32,000 bases of DNA from Nitrosopumilus sp. b3 (GCF_014078525.1 NZ_MU078695.1:68851-100850); one strand, 5' to 3'; positions 9,957-17,062 are shown, counted from the first letter of the stretch. Translations and numbers: made by a program. The notes: generated by a model not told the origin, from the letters alone.

Positions 9957-10400
9957 TCAATCACCTTGAGGAGTCTTTACTGATTCTCTTTTGGAATCAA
10001 AGTAAAATGCAGTCTGAAGGTATTCTACGCATTCTGAAAACATGCTAGTCAGAAATTCGTTTAGTTCGCCCTTGTGTTTTGATACATAATAGCCTCTGCA
10101 AAACTGGTCAAAATCAAGCAAATTACGTCTAATTCTTTCGTAATCGCTCTGAAGCATGCCACGGTTCTGATATCGCCAATTTTGATATTTGGCCTCAGCA
10201 AGAGACTTTCTAAGGGGATCCTCTTTTTCTATACGCTGCGCTTCAATTATTTTGCAGTCATCATCTAGAATCAAATCTCTGAATTCATCTCCATCTCCCA
10301 GATGATAGAGTTTCAAAAATCCTTTCCTTGAATGAGAGTCGTAGTTCTTTGCTTCTCCTATCACTTTGTTTTCAGAGTTTATGATATAGTTTTTTTCCAT
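9957..10400 (-). CDS. Hypothetical protein, paralog of 9323..9634
   Basis: The ORF is open from 10433, but 'MEKNYIINSENKVIGEAKNYD' (ATG at 10400) aligns with the N-terminus of the paralog. Start is uncertain. Confidence 0.6.
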   Translation of the reverse strand: MEKNYIINSENKVIGEAKNYDSHSRKGFLKLYHLGDGDEFRDLILDDDCKIIEAQRIEKEDPLRKSLAEAKYQNWRYQNRGMLQSDYERIRRNLLDFDQFCRGYYVSKHKGELNEFLTSMFSECVEYLQTAFYFDSKRESVKTPQGD

Positions 10401-10469
10401 ATCTATCTGAAAACTGGTTAGATTCAGGCACAAAATGCGTTATGGATGGATGATTTTCCGAAAAAACCA

Positions 10470-10901
10470 TCAAGCAGTTATTGGATAGTATGTGATAACA
10501 AATGGAAGTACAAAACACACTATTGAAGCAATAAGCAGAACAACCTGCATCCAGTTCCAACCCATTCCTACGATATAATGCCACATGAAAAAGAACATCG
10601 CAGTTAGTCCAGATGCTAGTATCAGGAATTTGTATTCAAGAGAATCCACAAAGTCAATCAGTGTTTCAGAAAACATAATCCCTACTGCAGGAATCACAAA
10701 AACAGTTAGGAAGAACAGCAGTGTGGCAATCTTCCATGTAGCGACAAGAGGTCTGAGGTTTTTGTGTCCTTTCACTCTTTTGAATCGAAAGTGCCATCCG
10801 GCATTGTCACGGTATATCGACAACAGTATTGCAATCTCTTCAAGAAAGAACAGAAATGCACCTACAAGTGCTACGTTATAGATTGTTGATAGTTCCACCA
10901 T
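10470..10901 (-). CDS. Integral membrane protein (about 4 TM helices)
   Basis: 143 aa, four long hydrophobic segments, immediately downstream of the ATPase gene on the same strand. Confidence 0.65.
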   Translation of the reverse strand: MVELSTIYNVALVGAFLFFLEEIAILLSIYRDNAGWHFRFKRVKGHKNLRPLVATWKIATLLFFLTVFVIPAVGIMFSETLIDFVDSLEYKFLILASGLTAMFFFMWHYIVGMGWNWMQVVLLIASIVCFVLPFVITYYPITA

Positions 10902-10961
10902 GTTTTCTCAATAATTGTTTAAAGTGTTAGTTCTTAATTGCTTCCATTATCACTAATTGCA

Positions 10962-12815
10962 TCAATTCATTCTGGTCTTTATTTTTTCAAAGAAGTCAGG
11001 AACGTTTTGTATTAGGAGAAACAAAACGTTAGAATACTTGTTTTCTTGTTTAAGAGATTCTAAGAGTTTCTTATCGTCTGAAGTTACAACAACTGCATCA
11101 TATTTGGTTACATTTCGTGAAATGTTGTAATGTATGTCTGAAGTTCCAAGTTCAACTTCAACCACTGAATTAAATTTAGAAATCATAATGTCAGGACCGT
11201 CTTTGACGTTGTTTCTTATCTCCAGTCCAATGCCATCAATCTTCTTTGAAATCCAGTCGACATAGAACTGATGTCTTACACTTGGAATCTGTTTCGGTTT
11301 TTGATAGAGAATAATTGGTGCTCCTCTTCCAAGCTTTGCCTTTTGGATCTCAATCTTCTTTTTCTTCAACAGAGATTTGACCACTGAGGCATACTTCTTG
11401 TCGTCCCATCCAAGAGATTTTCTCCTTTGACGGACTGGCAAGAAAGGCTGTTTTTCCAGAAATTCCAAAAACTCATTCTCTTCGGGTCTAGGCAAATCGA
11501 TTTTTTCAGGCACAAAATTCTCTGTTTCAGGCTCATGTGCACGTATTGGAAAGTCGTCAGAGATTATCAGAAATGGTTCGTGCCCGATTGTGCTTACTAT
11601 GGCGTTCTTGTTTGGAAGTCTTACGAATTTGTCTGAAAGATATTCTGCCTCTATTGGGTCAACAAACCCGACAGACTCTGCAATAATTTTAATGTCTTCT
11701 TGATGCTGCAGTCGGAATGAAATCTTTGTTCCGGTATTTTTGAAGATGTCTCTTTCAATATTGCTTGGCGACTGCGTGATCAGAACTATTCCACATCCTC
11801 TCTTTCGCAATCTTGTTGCAAACTCTGTTGCAGGCCACGACTCTGTGACAATCATCTTGTGAAGAATTCTTGGAACTAACAGTTGTGCTTCGTCTGCAAC
11901 AAATATGTTTGTCAGTTGTTCGGTTTGCTCTCTCTTCAACATTTTTCGCAGAAAGTAAATCGTGAATATGTTGTAAATCAGTCTTAGTTCAGAGTTGTAT
12001 GCTACTAAAGAATCAAGTTCATGAAGGTCTATGACAACATTTTTCTGATCAATAGTTGTAAAGTCAGGATTTGATTTTGTGCATAGAAAGATTTCTTTTA
12101 GCGGGCTTCTAAGAAAAGGATCTAATCTTACCAGAAGTGCAGTCTTTGTCTTTTGCAGTGCAGTTAGCTTCTGTCTGTCATATGATTTGATGTTGTGAAT
12201 TAGTTCTTCAATGCTGTTGCTTTCTTTGATTGTTTCCTGAAGGACAAAGTTCATCTGAGCTGAAAGGTCTGTGTATTCTTTTTCAATTCCTTTGAAGACA
12301 GTTTCTCGAAACAATTCTCTTATCAGTCCTGGGTCTTTCAGATCAAAAGGATTGATTCTCAGGTTTTTGCCAACTGCACAATACGTTGTTTCTTTTCTTA
12401 GATTTGGAATGATGTTTTTCCATTCTCCTTCCACATCTATGATCAAAGCCTTTGGTCCTGACTTTTCCACTTTCGATACAAGATTCATTGCAAACCTTGT
12501 CTTTCCAGAACCTGTCTGTCCGGATATCATCGTGTGCTTTGTCAGAATGTCGCTTGGAAGATTGAAGGGTAGTCCTTCAGAGGTTCTGCCCAGTTTCATG
12601 CCCCAATAGTCCAAAATAGGGCTGTTTTCGAGCCTGAATCTCACGATTTGGCACCTTGGACAGTATCTTTTTCCTCTCACAAAGTTTCCGCAAATACATT
12701 GCCAGTTCACTGCCACACCTCCCGACATATTTGACAGAGTTTGTAGAGATTCGGCTTTTGCTGTCTCATCACTACTTTTGTCTCGATGTGAAACATGCAG
12801 AATATCTGCTGGCAT
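10962..12815 (-). CDS. Zn-ribbon / HerA-FtsK-superfamily (DUF87-like) P-loop ATPase with C-terminal wHTH-like and PD-(D/E)xK-like regions
   Basis: Zn-ribbon 'CICGN...CPRCQ'; Walker A 'GQTGSGKT'; Walker B-like 'IFVADEAQ'. The C-terminus has a basic helical segment, then 'GPDIMISKFNSVVEVELG' (nuclease-like, inferred). An alternative start 'MSGGVAVNW' at 12728 would reduce overlap with the upstream ORF. Confidence 0.8.
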   Translation of the reverse strand: MPADILHVSHRDKSSDETAKAESLQTLSNMSGGVAVNWQCICGNFVRGKRYCPRCQIVRFRLENSPILDYWGMKLGRTSEGLPFNLPSDILTKHTMISGQTGSGKTRFAMNLVSKVEKSGPKALIIDVEGEWKNIIPNLRKETTYCAVGKNLRINPFDLKDPGLIRELFRETVFKGIEKEYTDLSAQMNFVLQETIKESNSIEELIHNIKSYDRQKLTALQKTKTALLVRLDPFLRSPLKEIFLCTKSNPDFTTIDQKNVVIDLHELDSLVAYNSELRLIYNIFTIYFLRKMLKREQTEQLTNIFVADEAQLLVPRILHKMIVTESWPATEFATRLRKRGCGIVLITQSPSNIERDIFKNTGTKISFRLQHQEDIKIIAESVGFVDPIEAEYLSDKFVRLPNKNAIVSTIGHEPFLIISDDFPIRAHEPETENFVPEKIDLPRPEENEFLEFLEKQPFLPVRQRRKSLGWDDKKYASVVKSLLKKKKIEIQKAKLGRGAPIILYQKPKQIPSVRHQFYVDWISKKIDGIGLEIRNNVKDGPDIMISKFNSVVEVELGTSDIHYNISRNVTKYDAVVVTSDDKKLLESLKQENKYSNVLFLLIQNVPDFFEKIKTRMN

Positions 12816-12934
12816 CTTTCACATACTCTTTTACAGTTGATGCAGGTCAAAGAAAGACATGTGTAGCACTCGCCGTTGATTTCGTTTCTTTTTGACAGAG
12901 ATTTGCATATGCTGCATCTAACCAGATTTTCCAT
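12707..12934 (-). CDS. Small multi-CxxC zinc-binding protein (75 aa)
   Basis: Cys pairs 'CSIC', 'CYTC', 'CINC', 'CERC', 'CQIC'. In the same-strand train between the integrase and the ATPase. Confidence 0.5.
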   Translation of the reverse strand: MENLVRCSICKSLSKRNEINGECYTCLSLTCINCKRVCERCQQIFCMFHIETKVVMRQQKPNLYKLCQICREVWQ

Positions 12935-13097
12935 TGTTGATCACTACAAAACATTTTGGACAGACCAGAACATCATCAATCAACTGCAAACACATCTCGC
13001 AGCATTTGTTGTTGCATTTGTGACACACACCAAGAGTTTTGTAAGAATTAATCGAGTGTCCACATTTCAAAATTATTGATTCGAATTCTTCGTACAT
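12918..13097 (-). CDS. Small multi-Cys zinc-binding protein (about 59 aa from 'MYEEF')
   Basis: The ORF is open from 13130, but the ATG at 13097 overlaps the TGA of the upstream 41-aa ORF (TGATG), suggesting translational coupling. Contains 'CHKC', 'CEMC', 'CPKC'. Confidence 0.5.
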   Translation of the reverse strand: MYEEFESIILKCGHSINSYKTLGVCHKCNNKCCEMCLQLIDDVLVCPKCFVVINNGKSG

Positions 13098-13222
13098 CAC
13101 TCTTCCTCCATGTCGACAAACGCATTGCACAGATCACAAAGTGGAAAGTTCTCCCAAAAATGTATGCCGTATTTTTCATCGTCTCCACGATATTCTTTGC
13201 ATCGAGTACAGAACCCTTTCAT
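13097..13222 (-). CDS. Mini zinc-ribbon protein (41 aa), below the ORF-track length cut-off
   Basis: Hand translation of the minus strand gives MKGFCTRCKEYRGDDEKYGIHFWENFPLCDLCNAFVDMEEE*, with two CxxC pairs. The stop overlaps the next ORF's ATG. Confidence 0.4.
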   Translation of the reverse strand: MKGFCTRCKEYRGDDEKYGIHFWENFPLCDLCNAFVDMEEE

Positions 13223-13281
13223 CTCTTTGTATTGCACATGAAGTAAAAACTAGATTGCGTCTGCAAAACTTTCCGAATATG

Positions 13282-14583
13282 TTAGACGTCTTCTATTTTT
13301 TGTAAAAGAAGATCAAACTGTTTCTGAGAATCTTTTTTGTTTGAGGCTGTCTTCGGATTACAAATCTCTGTTAGTGCGTTCTTCAACTTCTCCATTTTTT
13401 CGGAATCGGATGCGATTCCATACAACAGTTGGTCGAGTTTCTGCTTTTTTTGATCAAGAGCAACAGAATTTTTGACGTTAAGAAAAGCACCGCATCTATA
13501 GCAGAATTTAGAGACAGGAGAGTTTTGTATGCTGCACCTGAAACATTCGATTGATGTTATCTGTTGGATGTTCTCTTCTGGTTCTTTGACTCCGTTGAGT
13601 GTCCTGACTGCCTTGTCAATATGCCTTCCATATCTCTTCATGTATGTTCTTGGCATCTTTGAGCCGAACTGCCATCCCATAACCAAACACTGTTGAGGTT
13701 CATTGAGTTTGTCCAGAATCTCGTCGGCTTTTGTGTGTCTGAAGAGATACTTGAATACCCTCTTCTTGATTCCGGCCCTTGCTGCAATCTTCTTGATTAG
13801 TCGATATGACGCGTTGTAGTCTATCTGCTTGTTACGGTTGGAACGTCCAAAGCCTACCCATAATGGAGCGTCTGTTTCGTCTGACCTAGGATGGATGTTA
13901 AGCCAGGTGGTCAACGCAGGGACAGATGTGATAATTCTTACAAAATCTTCTCCTTTCTTTCCATGAACCCATAGTTTTGCCCCTGTTGAGTCAAATTCGA
14001 TATCTCCAATGTGTAACGTCAGGACTTCTTCAGGCCTTCTTCCAGATTCAAAGAAAATCTCCAAAAGTGCCCTGTCTCGAGGATTTTGAGTGGCGTTAAG
14101 AAGTGCAATCTTTTCGTCATATGTCAGCAGGTTTTTTGGAAGTATAGGATGCTTGCTCTGCAGATTTTTCTTGTCTTTTATCCATCTAACTTCTGGAGGA
14201 TATCCGTAATCGTCCCAGTCTTTGAAGGACTTCCAGAACTTCTTTATGATGATCTTGAAATCTCTTTTTGTCCAGTCCGACCAGTCCTTTCTTTCAAGGT
14301 CGGCGACAAACTTTATCAAGTCATCTTTTGTCACGTCTTCAAATGGTTTTCCTATATCTGTAGAAACTTGTCGCAATGTGTTAAGACATTTGCAGATTCT
14401 TGATTTTGAAACACCTTCTGCAACTCTGACATAGTAGTACTTGCGGAGAGTTTCCGAATTGTACTTGTCGTCTTTTATCTTTCTAAGTTCTGAATCTATC
14501 CTCTTGTCCAGTTGGTACAATTCTTCTGCTCTGCTCATTACATCAACCTGTTTTCTGTTTAATTGTAGATTGCATGTAGACAA
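13282..14583 (-). CDS. Tyrosine recombinase / integrase with C-terminal zinc-ribbon and helical extension
   Basis: 433 aa. Catalytic-region motifs 'ESGRRPEEVLTLHIGDI' (Arg I) and 'LFRHTKA' (R-H box), with a Tyr-bearing 'RTYMKRYG'. After the catalytic domain comes 'CFRCSIQNSPVSKFCYRCG' (CxxC-x10-CxxC) plus a charged tail. Confidence 0.9.
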   Translation of the reverse strand: MSTCNLQLNRKQVDVMSRAEELYQLDKRIDSELRKIKDDKYNSETLRKYYYVRVAEGVSKSRICKCLNTLRQVSTDIGKPFEDVTKDDLIKFVADLERKDWSDWTKRDFKIIIKKFWKSFKDWDDYGYPPEVRWIKDKKNLQSKHPILPKNLLTYDEKIALLNATQNPRDRALLEIFFESGRRPEEVLTLHIGDIEFDSTGAKLWVHGKKGEDFVRIITSVPALTTWLNIHPRSDETDAPLWVGFGRSNRNKQIDYNASYRLIKKIAARAGIKKRVFKYLFRHTKADEILDKLNEPQQCLVMGWQFGSKMPRTYMKRYGRHIDKAVRTLNGVKEPEENIQQITSIECFRCSIQNSPVSKFCYRCGAFLNVKNSVALDQKKQKLDQLLYGIASDSEKMEKLKNALTEICNPKTASNKKDSQKQFDLLLQKIEDV

Positions 14584-14584
14584 T

Positions 14585-14750
14585 CTTCCGAATTAAAACG
14601 CAGAGAAAATGCACGGTGCAGCCCTTGACCCGTTACAAAAGGCTGGGGAAGTGCCTATATTATCAGGTCAGTTGCTGAACTGATTGTTTCTCTGCATTTT
14701 TAATGATTTTCGGAAAGAGGATTGGATCCGTTACACCTGCACAACGTGCA
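14585..14750. promoter_or_regulatory. Structured GC-rich divergent control region between integrase and orc1/cdc6 (imperfect 24-31 nt inverted repeat, nested hairpins, repeated palindromes)
   Basis: Left arm 14585-14608 'CTTCCGAATTAAAACGCAGAGAAA' pairs with right arm 14687-14717 'TTTCTCTGCATTTTTAATGATTTTCGGAAAG'. Inner stems are GCAC/GTGC plus CAGCC/GGCTG (14611-14654) and TCAGTT/AACTGA (14668-14683). TGCAC(N1-3)GTGCA occurs at 14610-14620 and 14738-14750, and CCGTTACA at 14630-14637 and 14728-14735. Confidence 0.45.
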
Positions 14751-14913
14751 CCCCTACAACGAATACAATTCTCATTCAGAAAATCTCATGACAAAGACTT
14801 CTTTTCTAATAAAAAATAATTTTCTATGTTCCAACAGCTATTTTGCAAAAGCTGTTTTTTCGGAAAATGGTCCCATCACAATATTTAAGCTTGATAAAAT
14901 TCGTTTAGCAAAA

Positions 14914-15894
14914 ATGAAAAAGCAGATATTATTGGACAGGAGCGTATTTGAAGATACCTTCATCCCAGAGACGTTCGTTTCAAGAGAAAATCACATTAGA
15001 GAGATCATTCGGCATCTACAGCCTGTAAAGAATGGCGATTTTTCACAGTATCTGTATATTCACGGGCCACCAGGCGGAGGAAAAACTGCAATAATCAGGT
15101 CGATTCTCAAAGAAAACTTTCCAAAACAGCATGTCTATGTGAATTGTTTCAGAGACAGAACTGCCAACAAGATAATGGAGGAAGTGTTACTTCATTCCGG
15201 AATTATGTTCAGCGGAAGAGAATCAACAAGAGATATGATCAAGAAGTTTGAGAAATCTAAGAAGAGAATGTTGATTTGCCTTGATGAGGCAGATTATATC
15301 AAAGACACAGACATACTAGGGGTTTTTGTAAGAAATCTCTGTGGACTAATACTGATTTCTAACAATCATTCTTTTTCAAAAATAGATTCCAGATTAAGAA
15401 GTAGAATATTCTTTAATGAAGTAGAGTTCAACCCATATGAACCTGCAGACATCAATCAGATTCTGACTCATCGTATTTCCTATGGTTTACGTGACGGATG
15501 TATCAATGACAATCTTCTATCGGTACTATCAAAGTTCTCCAACGGAGATGCAAGAATTGGACTGCAGACTCTAAAGATAGCAGCAAATGAGGCTGAATCC
15601 AACAACTCGGAAACCATCACCATGGATGAAATAAAGTTGTCTGCCAAGAGAACCAGAAAATACAGACTGTCACTTGTTTTAGGTGAGCTCAACGAACACC
15701 AGTTGAAAATTCTAGACATCCTCAAAGAACACAACAATCTGAGATCGGGCGAGTTGATGAGGATCTACAGGCAGAGGACACAACACGACATTAACGACAG
15801 GACATATCGCAACTACATGATGCAACTTGTCGATTTTGCACTTGTAAAAGAAGGAGGCACCACAAAGGCAAGGACCTATGAGATTTTGTTGTAA
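14914..15894 (+). CDS. cdc6: Orc1/Cdc6-family AAA+ replication initiator (short form)
   Basis: Walker A 'GPPGGGKT', Walker B 'CLDEADYI', C-terminal winged-helix-like region. The ORF is open from 14722, but 'MKKQILLDRSVFEDTFIPETFVSRENHIREI' has the canonical Orc1 N-terminal spacing, and the upstream part covers the repeat-rich control region. Confidence 0.9.
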   Translation: MKKQILLDRSVFEDTFIPETFVSRENHIREIIRHLQPVKNGDFSQYLYIHGPPGGGKTAIIRSILKENFPKQHVYVNCFRDRTANKIMEEVLLHSGIMFSGRESTRDMIKKFEKSKKRMLICLDEADYIKDTDILGVFVRNLCGLILISNNHSFSKIDSRLRSRIFFNEVEFNPYEPADINQILTHRISYGLRDGCINDNLLSVLSKFSNGDARIGLQTLKIAANEAESNNSETITMDEIKLSAKRTRKYRLSLVLGELNEHQLKILDILKEHNNLRSGELMRIYRQRTQHDINDRTYRNYMMQLVDFALVKEGGTTKARTYEILL

Positions 15895-15936
15895 GGACTA
15901 ATGCATCTTTTTATCTAATCACATGTATAAGCAACC

Positions 15937-16281
15937 GTGGATTTTGACGGATTTCAGTTATTGATTGAAAGAGACTACAAGGAGTTTGCAGAGTTTGAAG
16001 AAAATTCAAAGAATATGTCATTAGAAGAACTGAAAGAAAATCACAATAATTGGCGCAATAAGATGAAAGACATTACTGAAAAATACGGATTTTCAAATGA
16101 AAGTGAAAAAGATCCTGACATTTCTCTGTTCATGGTCAAACTGACATATTTTTACTATCTTGCAATGTTCTGTTGGAAGTCTTTGCGGGCATATACTGAA
16201 AGACTTGCAGAAGAGCATCAAAAATTGAAGAAATCTAAGAGAAAAACAACTGCAAAGAAAAAAGCCAAGAAAAAAGAGTAG
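15937..16281 (+). CDS. Hypothetical protein (114 aa, GTG start) with Lys-rich tail
   Basis: ORF directly downstream of cdc6. Its stop codon lies inside repeat copy R1. One hydrophobic segment and a KKxK tail. Confidence 0.5.
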   Translation: MDFDGFQLLIERDYKEFAEFEENSKNMSLEELKENHNNWRNKMKDITEKYGFSNESEKDPDISLFMVKLTYFYYLAMFCWKSLRAYTERLAEEHQKLKKSKRKTTAKKKAKKKE

Positions 16282-16302
16282 AGATATTGTAAGCGTCTCA
16301 AT
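16278..16302 (+). repeat. Cassette-boundary repeat copy R1 (GTAGAGATATTGTAAGCGTCTCAAT)
   Basis: The first 20 nt are identical to R2. Contains the TAG stop of 15937..16281. GAGAT/GTCTC can pair around the TGTAAG loop. Confidence 0.8.
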
Positions 16303-16402
16303 CGCTTCTGCCGTTATCTAAATTGTCAAAAAGGTATCCGACCCCACAGTGGTTGCGGATTCCATCCGGTCCATCCCCACTGTGGGTTCAGACCCCTTTT
16401 TG
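16303..16402 (+). repeat. Long repeat copy A: CTGCCGT...AAATTGTCAAAAAGGTATCCGACCCCAC core plus ~76-nt GC-rich imperfect hairpin
   Basis: Core 16320-16347 matches 18159-18186 with 1 mismatch in 28. Hairpin stems: CAAAAAGG (16327-16334) / CCTTTTTG (16395-16402); CCCACAGTGG (16343-16352) / CCACTGTGGG (16377-16386); nested CGGAT (16356-16360) / ATCCG (16364-16368). Confidence 0.75.
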
Positions 16403-16410
16403 AAAAATAA

Positions 16411-16435
16411 GTAGAGATATTGTAAGCGTCCTAAT
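16411..16435 (+). repeat. Cassette-boundary repeat copy R2 (GTAGAGATATTGTAAGCGTCCTAAT)
   Basis: Near-identical to R1. Preceded by GAAAAATAA, as in the other copies. Lies 40 nt upstream of the methyltransferase ATG. Confidence 0.8.
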
Positions 16436-16474
16436 TTTTTTACTAAATATAAAGAACAAACACCATTTATCAAC

Positions 16475-17038
16475 ATGGGATTTTTTGATACTGAGAAAGG
16501 GGTTAATGAATACATCAAGATGGCAGAAGGTTTTGATGGAACAGAACTGATCAAGATTTTACAAAAGTTTCTTCCTTTAAAATCTACAGTGCTAGAGCTT
16601 GGTATGGGGCCTGGGAAAGACTTGGATATTCTAAACGAATCTTACCTAGTTACGGGTTCCGATTATTCCCAGATTTTCATAGACAAATACAGAAGACAAA
16701 AACCCGATGCAGATTTGCTAAAACTTGATGCGATAACTATTCCAACAGATAGAACTTTTGACTGCATATATTCTAACAAGGTATTACATCACTTAACAAG
16801 AGAAGACTTGAAAAAATCCTTTCAGAGACAGAAAAAAGTCTTGAATCCAAATGGTATTGGATTTCATTCTTTTTGGAGAGGGGATGAAGATGAAAATTAT
16901 GACGGATTATTATTTACAAAATATCAGATTGAAGAATTAAAGAAAGTGGCAGAGAATGATTTTGAGATTTTAGCCATAGAAATTTACACAGAAATGGAAA
17001 AAGATGATTCAATATATTTAATGGTAAAAAATAAATGA
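16475..17038 (+). CDS. Class I SAM-dependent methyltransferase
   Basis: 187 aa. SAM-binding motif I 'VLELGMGPGKD', acidic loop 'GSDYS', and 'DCIYSNKVLHHL' (post-II/III region). The stop codon lies inside repeat R3. Confidence 0.8.
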   Translation: MGFFDTEKGVNEYIKMAEGFDGTELIKILQKFLPLKSTVLELGMGPGKDLDILNESYLVTGSDYSQIFIDKYRRQKPDADLLKLDAITIPTDRTFDCIYSNKVLHHLTREDLKKSFQRQKKVLNPNGIGFHSFWRGDEDENYDGLLFTKYQIEELKKVAENDFEILAIEIYTEMEKDDSIYLMVKNK

Positions 17039-17062
17039 TAGAAATACTGTAAGCGTTCCAAT
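17037..17062 (+). repeat. Cassette-boundary repeat copy R3 (GATAGAAATACTGTAAGCGTTCCAAT)
   Basis: Fills the whole 23-nt gap between convergent genes. Overlaps the TGA of the methyltransferase and abuts or overlaps the TGA (minus strand) of 17062..17481. Confidence 0.75.

Noticed and set aside
14722-14913. Long N-terminal extension of the Orc1/Cdc6 ORF
   Set aside because: The extension covers the repeat- and palindrome-rich control region and lacks any Orc1-like sequence. The canonical N-terminus begins at the ATG at 14914.
9806-15737. Other overlapping track ORFs in the island (9806..10048, 10372..10584, 10585..10881, 11427..11636, 12271..12609, 12656..12895, 12876..13079, 14086..14403, 14222..14434, 15480..15737)
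   Set aside because: Each lies inside or antisense to a better-supported gene (ATPase, TM protein, zinc-ribbon ORFs, integrase, cdc6).
16345-16384. CACAGTG / CACTGTG heptamers resembling V(D)J RSS or Transib termini
   Set aside because: They are simply the two halves of the 10-bp hairpin stem. There is no nonamer and no transposase context. I treat it as coincidence.
16318-16554. 78-aa minus-strand ORF from the track
   Set aside because: It reads through the GC-rich palindrome and the upstream region and 5' end of the methyltransferase gene. The peptide reflects the palindrome (…PTVG…TTVG…). It is most likely not coding.
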